A stretch of DNA of 64,000 nucleotides. Origin: an uncultured Clostridia bacterium (GTDB lineage: Bacteria > Bacillota > Clostridia > Christensenellales > Borkfalkiaceae). This document shows positions 38,570 through 46,183 of the stretch, piece by piece; position 1 is the first letter of the stretch, and every line of letters starts with the position of its first letter. Location: NCBI GenBank assembly GCA_944368795.1, contig CALVXE010000001.1:2465-66464 (forward strand), in the 5' to 3' direction. The notes below the pieces were generated by a model, which saw only the letters and a list, made by a program, of their open reading frames with translations, was not told where the DNA came from and ran no database searches. Position numbers and translations under genes: made by a program.

Positions 38570-40702
38570 CTATTCTTCTGCGGCATAAACGTTGCGGATA
38601 TCCAAACCGAGATTAAATGAGAATATCCCCAAAACGATCGGTTCTCCCCCGAATTCTTCCGCAGAAATCGAAGCAATGTACGCATCGTTAGCGTAAAATT
38701 CAATTTCTCCGCCACGTTTGACCAGTTTTAACTTTACAAAATCTCCGTCCGTATACGTCATACCCGCAACGGGATATTTTTCAGAATCGTCCCATTCGAA
38801 ATCATTGTACGATTTTTTGACGATCCCTACATCGTTGCACGTCAGTCCGTTTTCAGCGCAAACATAGAAGAAACGGCTTGTGTTCGCATTAGCCAATAAC
38901 AGTCCGAACTTGGGGTAAGCATCGTTGTTATACAGAGTTTTTGCCGTAAATTCCGCTTCGTACACAAAGTCTTCGGCAAGTGCGGTTTTGCGATAAAGCA
39001 AGCTCGTTCCTCCTCCGTTCAAGGAGACCCCGTTTCCTGAAAAGGACCATGCCCCGACCGATACGAACTGACCGCAGCTGCCCCATTCTTCGTTTTCCGT
39101 TTCGGTATATGCGCCGTACTCCCGCAAAATCACTCTTTTTAAAAGCTTATATCCTTCATAGGAAAGGTCTGAAGGGCCGGAATACATGCAGCGATTGATC
39201 TTTCCGCCCGCGTATATCTCGCCGAACAAATCGATATAAGCAACATTGTCGAGCGTTTCCGTATATGCCCTGACCATATCGTTAAACGCTTTGATCGCTT
39301 CCGGATCGCAGGAAGGCGAGATCGTAGGCAAGGCGGAAATAATTTTTAAACCGCAATCGGCGCCTGCTTCCGTAAAGCGCCCAATGAAATCGCGCATCGC
39401 GGAAAAAGCTTTTAAAACGCTGCCTGACGCTATATCCGACGCTCCGCCGTAAAAAATCACTTCTTTCGGAGCCCGCTCGGTAAGCGCTGTTACATTCTCT
39501 GCCCAGTAACCGATGTCCGTTCCGCCTTTGGCTATGGTGATCACGTCTCCCAAACTTTTCATATCCGAACCGAAAGCAGACCATTTCTCTTGCGACAAAA
39601 GCCCTTCGCCTGCAAAAATATATTCGGTTTGGGTTATATTTTTTGTGATGCTGCCGTCTTCTTTTACAAGAGGATGCGTTCCGACATTTTCCCAGTTGCA
39701 ATCCATTTCCCGGTAGTATACCCACGTCGTCGAAAGTGCGGAAAGAGTGTTGCGCATTGCAGGCGCCAGCGTTAAATTCCCGTAAGCCTGCGCATAGGTA
39801 AGGCCCAAAGCGGTATACGGCACATACACCTCCACTTCATAGCCGACAAATCCGTACGTATCGATATCGCACTGCCGGCTTTCGGCTGTAAACCCGTTTT
39901 CCGCCGCCGTCAGCCAGCCTCCGCTGTACTTTTGAAAAAGATAGTCCCCTTTCGCGCTGACAAGCACGCGGCGGCTATGCGAACTATACGTTCCCTTCTC
40001 TCCGGCCAGCCCCAAGATGAATTCTATGTTATCTGCATAGGCGAATCCGTTCAGATATTCTTCGACCGTGTAAACGATATTATCTTCCACGACAGCGCGC
40101 ACCGATATGCCGCTTTCATGATAACTTGCGTACCAATACGATTTGGCTTTTTGATAATTCGTCGTTGCTTCCAACACGATGTTCGTATCCGTAATCGGCC
40201 GCGTAAACACCGCCGAAACGCTGACCTCTTCGTTCGGCATTGCGAAGCTGTTTCCCGCAATTTTCTCTCCGTTTACGGTATAATAGGATAACTTGCTGTT
40301 GTAAAAAGGGACGCTGCGAAGGTAAACCGTATCGCCGCTGCTTGCCGAAAGAAGATCGCAAACAACTTCTCCCCCGTCCGAGGGCTGCATAACGATAGAA
40401 TGCACGTCTTTACCCGTCGCACTCAGGCGGTAGGTGAGCACGACGTCTTCCTGCGGCATAATGAAAGAGTCCCCTTCCAATTTACTGCCGTTTAAATAAA
40501 CTTCCGCAAGATCGTATCCTTCCAAAGCCGAGCGCACGAAAATTTTTTCTCCCGCATCTGCTTGCCGGCGTTCGGTTATGCGGCCGTAATCCCCCTCTAC
40601 CGTAATATTGAATCCGCCCCCGGAAGAACACGCCGCTATACTTACGGCAATGCACAGAGCGAGCAACAGATTCACCAAGCAGAACAATCTTTTTTTCATC
40701 AT
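38570..40702 (-). CDS. Multidomain lipoprotein: Ig-like repeats, CBM9-like, degenerate SGNH domain, ConA-like domain
   Basis: Lipobox IAAC and a paralog of 46184..49123. SGNH block I reads FAGEG instead of FAGDS. Confidence 0.75.
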   Translation of the reverse strand: MMKKRLFCLVNLLLALCIAVSIAACSSGGGFNITVEGDYGRITERRQADAGEKIFVRSALEGYDLAEVYLNGSKLEGDSFIMPQEDVVLTYRLSATGKDVHSIVMQPSDGGEVVCDLLSASSGDTVYLRSVPFYNSKLSYYTVNGEKIAGNSFAMPNEEVSVSAVFTRPITDTNIVLEATTNYQKAKSYWYASYHESGISVRAVVEDNIVYTVEEYLNGFAYADNIEFILGLAGEKGTYSSHSRRVLVSAKGDYLFQKYSGGWLTAAENGFTAESRQCDIDTYGFVGYEVEVYVPYTALGLTYAQAYGNLTLAPAMRNTLSALSTTWVYYREMDCNWENVGTHPLVKEDGSITKNITQTEYIFAGEGLLSQEKWSAFGSDMKSLGDVITIAKGGTDIGYWAENVTALTERAPKEVIFYGGASDIASGSVLKAFSAMRDFIGRFTEAGADCGLKIISALPTISPSCDPEAIKAFNDMVRAYTETLDNVAYIDLFGEIYAGGKINRCMYSGPSDLSYEGYKLLKRVILREYGAYTETENEEWGSCGQFVSVGAWSFSGNGVSLNGGGTSLLYRKTALAEDFVYEAEFTAKTLYNNDAYPKFGLLLANANTSRFFYVCAENGLTCNDVGIVKKSYNDFEWDDSEKYPVAGMTYTDGDFVKLKLVKRGGEIEFYANDAYIASISAEEFGGEPIVLGIFSFNLGLDIRNVYAAEE

Positions 40703-40746
40703 AATCTCCTCGTTCTGAAATTTCTAAAGGTTTTCTGCGCTTTTCT

Positions 40747-42435
40747 TCATGCGGGATAATATACGGAAGACAGCAGATCTGTGTTTCCGTAAAAATCGTA
40801 AACAAACTGATTTTGAAAATTATACAGTTTATCGTGAACGGTGCTGTAATAATTGATGTAAATTTTTTGATTTTTTTCGTCGAAGTTGAACATCGCCAAC
40901 AGGGAATCCAACCCTGCGTTCATCACGATCGACTGGGCATTGACCATGAAAGTTCCCACGACGTTGCCGCTGTCTCCGATCAATTCACGAACCGTTATAT
41001 CTTCATTGGATACATGCCCGCATACGAGCATAAAGATATTCGGATACTTGCGCAGCCATTTATCCCACATCTCATCGGCATCGTTTATGCTTGTTTTTCC
41101 GTTCCATCCATATGATGAAGGGCTTGCAGAAACTCCCTCTGCAAGCAATTGCCCTTCCGGCGATAAAAATCCGTGCGTCGTTACCACTACCCTGCGGTCG
41201 GGATACTGTTCCGTAATATCGCAGCACCATTCCAAAACGTCATCGGACGGCCCGAAATCGATGGAAAAAATTATATATTTTACTCCGGAAAATTCAAATA
41301 AATAGTAGGAATTGATGATATTATCCTCTTCGAAACTTCCGCCCCAGTACGGGAATGCGCTGATTTTTTCCATCGGGAACGCTCCGTTCAGATGGGTCAG
41401 CGAATGATCCGTCTTACACTCGTTGTCGTAGTCGTGATTTCCGGGAGTGATTATGTACGGTACTTCGCCGTCCAACCGGCTGAACTGTTCCTCCAGCTTA
41501 TTGTATTGCCGATCCCAATCCTTGCCGTTCGTAATGCCGTCCGTTATGTCTCCGACCGTGATCGCCGCGCCGATCTTTCTGCCGTCTTTATTTTCGAGCA
41601 GGTAATCGAACAGCGAAGGCAACGCCTTTTGATAATGGTTGGTAAGCATCTGCATATCCGGTATTACCGCAAGCGTGTAATCGTACACGGGGAACAGTTC
41701 TCCGTCGTAATAATAATCGTTGCTGCCTAAATATGCGTCATTGCCGTACAGGGAGGTATCTTCCAAAACGGTTGCAGACTGGTTCAGGCGAACATTGAAC
41801 AGCAGATCATCGCGCGTGTCGCGGCCGATGACGTCTCCGTTTTTCCGATCTCTGTCTATTTCCGCCTGATTGAGCGCATCGGAATAGAGAGTTACCTGGC
41901 GGATCTTTCCGTAAAACGGCTTTTTCGTATTTGTTTGGTTATTGAAATCGCCTCCGATGCAGTGCCGGCGATAAAATTTCAGGCGACTGCTGCCCGCTCC
42001 GCCGTAAACGGTTTGGCACAGCTCTCCGTTGATATAACATTCAAAGGCTCCGCTATCCGCTTTTCGCACCACGGAAACGAACGTCCATTGGCCGTTGCGC
42101 ACGTCCGTCTGATCGAATACGATATATCGTTCGTAATTGTTCCAATTTACTGTGATTTGCCCTTCGGAGTTGACCGAATACGCGATGGAGGGGGTATTTT
42201 GCGTTGAATTGTTCCCGAAAATGCAGCCGATCGTCCCCTCGGCGTCTTCTTCGACAAAAATCCAAGATTCGAAGGTATTCGGGACTTCCAAAAGCGGATC
42301 TTCCAAAATATATTTAATTATACCGCTGCGAAAATCCGCGCCCTGTTCTTCCGTCTGTGAAATTGTCGGCAGCGGCTGAATCAGAACCGCCATGACCGCC
42401 AGCATCAATACTGCAGCTATCAGCTTCTTTTTCAT
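40747..42435 (-). CDS. Secreted LamG-like plus calcineurin-like metallophosphoesterase
   Basis: Signal peptide, LamG segment (NGQWTFVSVVR...YING...FYGKIRQV) and PDMQ, GDI, PGNHDYD, TH and CGH metal motifs. Confidence 0.85.
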   Translation of the reverse strand: MKKKLIAAVLMLAVMAVLIQPLPTISQTEEQGADFRSGIIKYILEDPLLEVPNTFESWIFVEEDAEGTIGCIFGNNSTQNTPSIAYSVNSEGQITVNWNNYERYIVFDQTDVRNGQWTFVSVVRKADSGAFECYINGELCQTVYGGAGSSRLKFYRRHCIGGDFNNQTNTKKPFYGKIRQVTLYSDALNQAEIDRDRKNGDVIGRDTRDDLLFNVRLNQSATVLEDTSLYGNDAYLGSNDYYYDGELFPVYDYTLAVIPDMQMLTNHYQKALPSLFDYLLENKDGRKIGAAITVGDITDGITNGKDWDRQYNKLEEQFSRLDGEVPYIITPGNHDYDNECKTDHSLTHLNGAFPMEKISAFPYWGGSFEEDNIINSYYLFEFSGVKYIIFSIDFGPSDDVLEWCCDITEQYPDRRVVVTTHGFLSPEGQLLAEGVSASPSSYGWNGKTSINDADEMWDKWLRKYPNIFMLVCGHVSNEDITVRELIGDSGNVVGTFMVNAQSIVMNAGLDSLLAMFNFDEKNQKIYINYYSTVHDKLYNFQNQFVYDFYGNTDLLSSVYYPA

Positions 42436-44774
42436 CTTTTCCTCCTCTTTACCGCGTATACGACCGAACCGACCAGCAGGCCGCCTCCGGCCAATCCGCC
42501 GATCACGGGTAGCGCAGAAATGTCTACGCCCCCGACCTCTTCCAATGCCTGCGTTGCCGCCGAAAGTTCACTGCTGAGAGTATCGATATACTCCTGCGCA
42601 TCATTTTCATCCGCCAATTTTGCCTCTGCCAACTTTTCATAAAAATTCAGCCATGTGAATTTTGTAAAATCTTCCTTGCTCATACCGGCAATGCGCTCTT
42701 CCGCAACGGCGATCGCCTTTTTCAATCCGTCAAGGTCCGACTTTTTCTCCGATGAAGCCAAAAGATCGCGCAACTGCGCCAATGCTTCATCCATACCGGC
42801 TTGATTGGCGTATTCCGAAAGAGTTTTTGCCGAATAAAGCGAGCGCTCGATTTGGCGAAGGGCATCCGAAGCAAATCGGTTTTGCTGCGCTTCGTAATCT
42901 TTTATCAAAGCGGAAAGCGCGTCTTGGTATGCCGCATAATCGCCTGCCGAGGCATCAACTTTTTCGACTTGCCCCGCAAACAGATTATCCAACAGGAAAG
43001 GCGAGTTCCCTTCGTTCACAAAATCCAACGATCGCAACCCTTCCCCTATATTCAAAGCCGCAAACAATTGGCAATGCCAAATACCGTTCTGTTCCGTCCA
43101 GCGGACAGAGAGGGCACCGCCGTCGAAATCTCCGCTTCGGCCGCTCTGCAAAGAAATATATTTGCCTCCGCGGCCTGAAAAATAGAGCCCTATATCCGCC
43201 TGTTCGGCATTTATATCGAAGGAAAGGTAGTAGACTTCCGAACCTTTTGCAAATTCGGTCAATACGGAAAAGCTTTCGCCCGCATCCGCTTTCATTGCAA
43301 AATTGATCGAATCGAACGCATACTTCTCGGCAGGAGCTCCCAACACTTCGTTAAAGTATAAAAATTCTTCTGCATCCGTCCCGGAACGAGAGGCCAGCCC
43401 TTCGAACGTTCCGCCCAGATGGACCCGCGACATTCCTTCGGGAGATTTACTGATAAACAGATCGTCGATATCGGCAAACGTTTTCGTCGAAAAAGAAGCC
43501 GCGGCGTCGTATCCGTCGAACTGAAACATTATGTACGGCGAAGACGAAGTCGTAGCCTCCCAAACGCCGCTGTACGTATGCCAGGTATCGTCTCCTTCTT
43601 CGTTTACGGCGAGATCGCCCAACTTAATCTTACCGCCGTTCGTATTCGAAGTTCCCGCTTTTACCGTAAGAGTGAAAATGGTATCGCTGTCTGTAAGGCC
43701 CGCCCGCACCAAATCGTCGATAAACAGCCTGTAACGGAAGGAGTAATAAATCAAGCCGCCGCCGGGAAGAGATTCCACTTCGTTTCCGGTCTGCTCGTCG
43801 TAAAAATAACTTACGAAGCGGTTGGAACTTATGCCCTTCGTGCTGTTAAAATTTCCGAGCCGGATAAAAGTATTGTCATCATAGGCATTATAAATCGCAT
43901 AACTGTCGCCCTCCCCTGCCTTTACGCTGGTAGAGCCGCGGTAAGTTGCGGAATTCCCCGCTTTTGCCAAAGCGGATGCGCTGTTGCCGAAGTCGAATCC
44001 GGTAAATGCAGACGAAGAGTATTGCGTGTTCACCGAAAACTGCATCTGCTCGCTGGTGAGCATCAGCGCTTTTTTCGCTTCGATCCCGTCAGTCTGCGGG
44101 TCGTAACTATAAATCGGATCCCCTCCTTCGTCTGCTGCCGCGAATTCAAAATCTCCTTGAAGCAAAAAATTCGAATCGCTGCTGCCGAACTGTACGTCAT
44201 CGATATCAAAAGAGCCGGACTGCTGCGGTTCGACGCCCGCAAAATAAAAGGTAAGTTCGCAAAAATCCCTGTCTCCGGCATCAAAGCCCGTCAGCTCAAA
44301 CTCCGCCTCGTTCCAAGCAAAATCCCCCGCCGAATTGTTTTCGAGTTCGGAATATGTAAATACTTTCTGCACGCCATTGTAAGAAAAGCCGAATACCGGG
44401 TCTTGCCCGCGGTAATTCTCTTTCCCCTCAAACAGACGGTAGCGGAAAGAGATGACGGCGGAATCTTTTTTGTATCCGTCCGACAGGCTCATCAGAACGG
44501 AAGTGTCGGTTACGGAAGACGCGTCGAAATTCGAAAAACGCAGGAAAGTGTTCCTCTCTTCGCCGATTTTTTCCAAACCGTATTTTACGGGAGACACACC
44601 GCGGTTCAGCATGGCGGCAGACTGCCAAACGCCCGTTTCGTTCGTATATTTTTCCGATTCCTGCCCCAAAAAGATCTCTATGGTTTCCTCCGCGGCCGCA
44701 CTGTGCAACGGCAGACAAAAGCAGCTGTATACGGAAAGCAGCGCACACGCTATTAAACCGACCGTCTTCTTCAT
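42432..44774 (-). CDS. Secreted membrane-anchored protein with beta-sandwich and FIVAR-like helical domains
   Basis: Signal peptide, two related FSYRYRLF...DIDD modules, a FIVAR-like segment and a C-terminal TM helix with KRRKR. ATGA-coupled to the next gene. Confidence 0.75.
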   Translation of the reverse strand: MKKTVGLIACALLSVYSCFCLPLHSAAAEETIEIFLGQESEKYTNETGVWQSAAMLNRGVSPVKYGLEKIGEERNTFLRFSNFDASSVTDTSVLMSLSDGYKKDSAVISFRYRLFEGKENYRGQDPVFGFSYNGVQKVFTYSELENNSAGDFAWNEAEFELTGFDAGDRDFCELTFYFAGVEPQQSGSFDIDDVQFGSSDSNFLLQGDFEFAAADEGGDPIYSYDPQTDGIEAKKALMLTSEQMQFSVNTQYSSSAFTGFDFGNSASALAKAGNSATYRGSTSVKAGEGDSYAIYNAYDDNTFIRLGNFNSTKGISSNRFVSYFYDEQTGNEVESLPGGGLIYYSFRYRLFIDDLVRAGLTDSDTIFTLTVKAGTSNTNGGKIKLGDLAVNEEGDDTWHTYSGVWEATTSSSPYIMFQFDGYDAAASFSTKTFADIDDLFISKSPEGMSRVHLGGTFEGLASRSGTDAEEFLYFNEVLGAPAEKYAFDSINFAMKADAGESFSVLTEFAKGSEVYYLSFDINAEQADIGLYFSGRGGKYISLQSGRSGDFDGGALSVRWTEQNGIWHCQLFAALNIGEGLRSLDFVNEGNSPFLLDNLFAGQVEKVDASAGDYAAYQDALSALIKDYEAQQNRFASDALRQIERSLYSAKTLSEYANQAGMDEALAQLRDLLASSEKKSDLDGLKKAIAVAEERIAGMSKEDFTKFTWLNFYEKLAEAKLADENDAQEYIDTLSSELSAATQALEEVGGVDISALPVIGGLAGGGLLVGSVVYAVKRRKR

Positions 44775-44868
44775 AATTTCTCCTTATCGATTGATATATC
44801 TGAATCTTTTTCTTTAAAAAACAGTAAATAAATACCAAAAATTGAAATGAATGATCGAATACAAATAT

Positions 44869-44897
44869 ATTATACAACTTTTAAAAAGGGTTATCAA
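44869..44897 (-). promoter_or_regulatory. SigA promoter TTGATA-17-TATAAT for the 44774-32522 operon
   Basis: -35 at 44892-44897 and -10 at 44869-44874. Confidence 0.65.
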
Positions 44898-44922
44898 TAT
44901 ATAAATATAGGGAATTCCTTCC

Positions 44923-44982
44923 TCTATCGGTTGATGAATAATCAACCGATAGATTGACAAATCAAAGCAAATGAGCTATAAT
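44923..44982 (+). promoter_or_regulatory. Perfect 13-bp inverted repeat abutting a consensus SigA promoter
   Basis: TCTATCGGTTGAT-GAATA-ATCAACCGATAGA (44923-44953), TTGACA at 44954-44959 and TATAAT at 44977-44982. Confidence 0.75.
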
Positions 44983-44989
44983 TTTAAAT

Positions 44990-45937
44990 ATGAACGAAAT
45001 AAAATCGAGAGAAAAACAGTTTTATATTTCTTTAATGGAACAAAGCGACCAGGCAAAGATAGAGAAGATCTGCAAAGCATTGAGTTCCCCTATCCGTTTG
45101 CAGATGATAAGACAAATCATCGACTCTCCGCAAACGATTACGCAATTGGCGAAATTGAACGAAATCACCAATTCGACGGTAATTTTCCATATCAATATTT
45201 TAAAGGATGCCTCTTTGATCAACATCAAATATATGCCCAGCCAAAAAGGTTTCGCCCAAGTTTGCTTTATTAATTTCCGAGAGATCACGTTCGGAAGGAG
45301 ACAGATGCATTCGCAAAAAACTTTCGTACACGAGCAAAGCATGGGAGTAGGGCGATTCGTTGACGCCAAATTCGACACCGTTGCTTATGCGACCAAAAAT
45401 GAAATTTACCATCTCCCTGCATCGGAAGCATTTTCCAGCATACGGTTCGATGCCGAACTTTTATGGACTTTTGGCGGCACCGTAACGTACGCATTTGAAA
45501 ACAACTTTCTGATAGACGAGAAAATCACGGAATTGCGCTTTACCCTGGAAATTTGCTCGGAAGCTTCTTACTATAAAAACGACTGGAAAAGCGACATCAC
45601 TTTTGCGGTAAACGGGAAAGAGCTTGCCACCTATACTTCCCCCGGAGATTTCGGCGGCACCCGCGGAAAATTGAACCCGGCATGGTGGCCGAACAATTTG
45701 ACCCAATACGGCTCTTTGGTAACGGTTTCCGTTACCGAAAAGGGAACATCTTTAAACAACATTCCGACATCGAAAGTAACATTAAAAGATTTAAATCTTT
45801 CGGCGGGAAATAAGATCCTTTTCACGATCTGTAACAAGCGGGATGCAAAGTATTACGGCGGATTCAACCTGTTCGGCAAAAGTTTCGGCAATTACGAACA
45901 GGAGATCCTTTTAACGGCTCTGTACGAAAAATCTTAG
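44990..45937 (+). CDS. ArsR-like HTH transcriptional regulator with C-terminal beta-rich domain
   Basis: KALSSPIRLQMI...HINILKDA HTH, plus EICSEA, WKSDITF and SPGDFGG.RG.LNP.WW typical of sugar-locus regulators in Clostridia. Confidence 0.88.
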   Translation: MNEIKSREKQFYISLMEQSDQAKIEKICKALSSPIRLQMIRQIIDSPQTITQLAKLNEITNSTVIFHINILKDASLINIKYMPSQKGFAQVCFINFREITFGRRQMHSQKTFVHEQSMGVGRFVDAKFDTVAYATKNEIYHLPASEAFSSIRFDAELLWTFGGTVTYAFENNFLIDEKITELRFTLEICSEASYYKNDWKSDITFAVNGKELATYTSPGDFGGTRGKLNPAWWPNNLTQYGSLVTVSVTEKGTSLNNIPTSKVTLKDLNLSAGNKILFTICNKRDAKYYGGFNLFGKSFGNYEQEILLTALYEKS

Positions 45938-45956
45938 ATATTGCTTTATCGAAAAA

Positions 45957-45990
45957 CGGCGCTATCGAAAACCGATGGCGCCGCTCTTTA
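45957..45990 (+). terminator. Hairpin after the regulator gene
   Basis: CGGCGCTATCG-AAAAC-CGATGGCGCCG followed by CTCTTTA. Confidence 0.5.
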
Positions 45991-46112
45991 TTCTATATCG
46001 CATTATGGCCGTTAAAAACGCATTATTTTATTACCAAAACAGAATTCCATCGTCTTTTCCAACAATGCGGGTATTGACGCGCCATGTCGAAATAAAAATA
46101 CTTTTTGCCCGA

Positions 46113-46155
46113 CAAAAAAGCAGGAGCCGAGAAAAACCCGGCCCCTGCTTTTTTG
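46113..46155. terminator. Bidirectional intrinsic terminator
   Basis: CAAAAAAGCAGG...CCTGCTTTTTTG. Confidence 0.75.
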
Positions 46156-46183
46156 CTGTATTTTGAGAACAGGATATAAACCT

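Noticed and set aside
42432-42530. LPVIG as a sortase LPxTG signal
   Set aside because: It lacks the Thr and lies at the start of the hydrophobic helix, so it is treated as a simple TM anchor.
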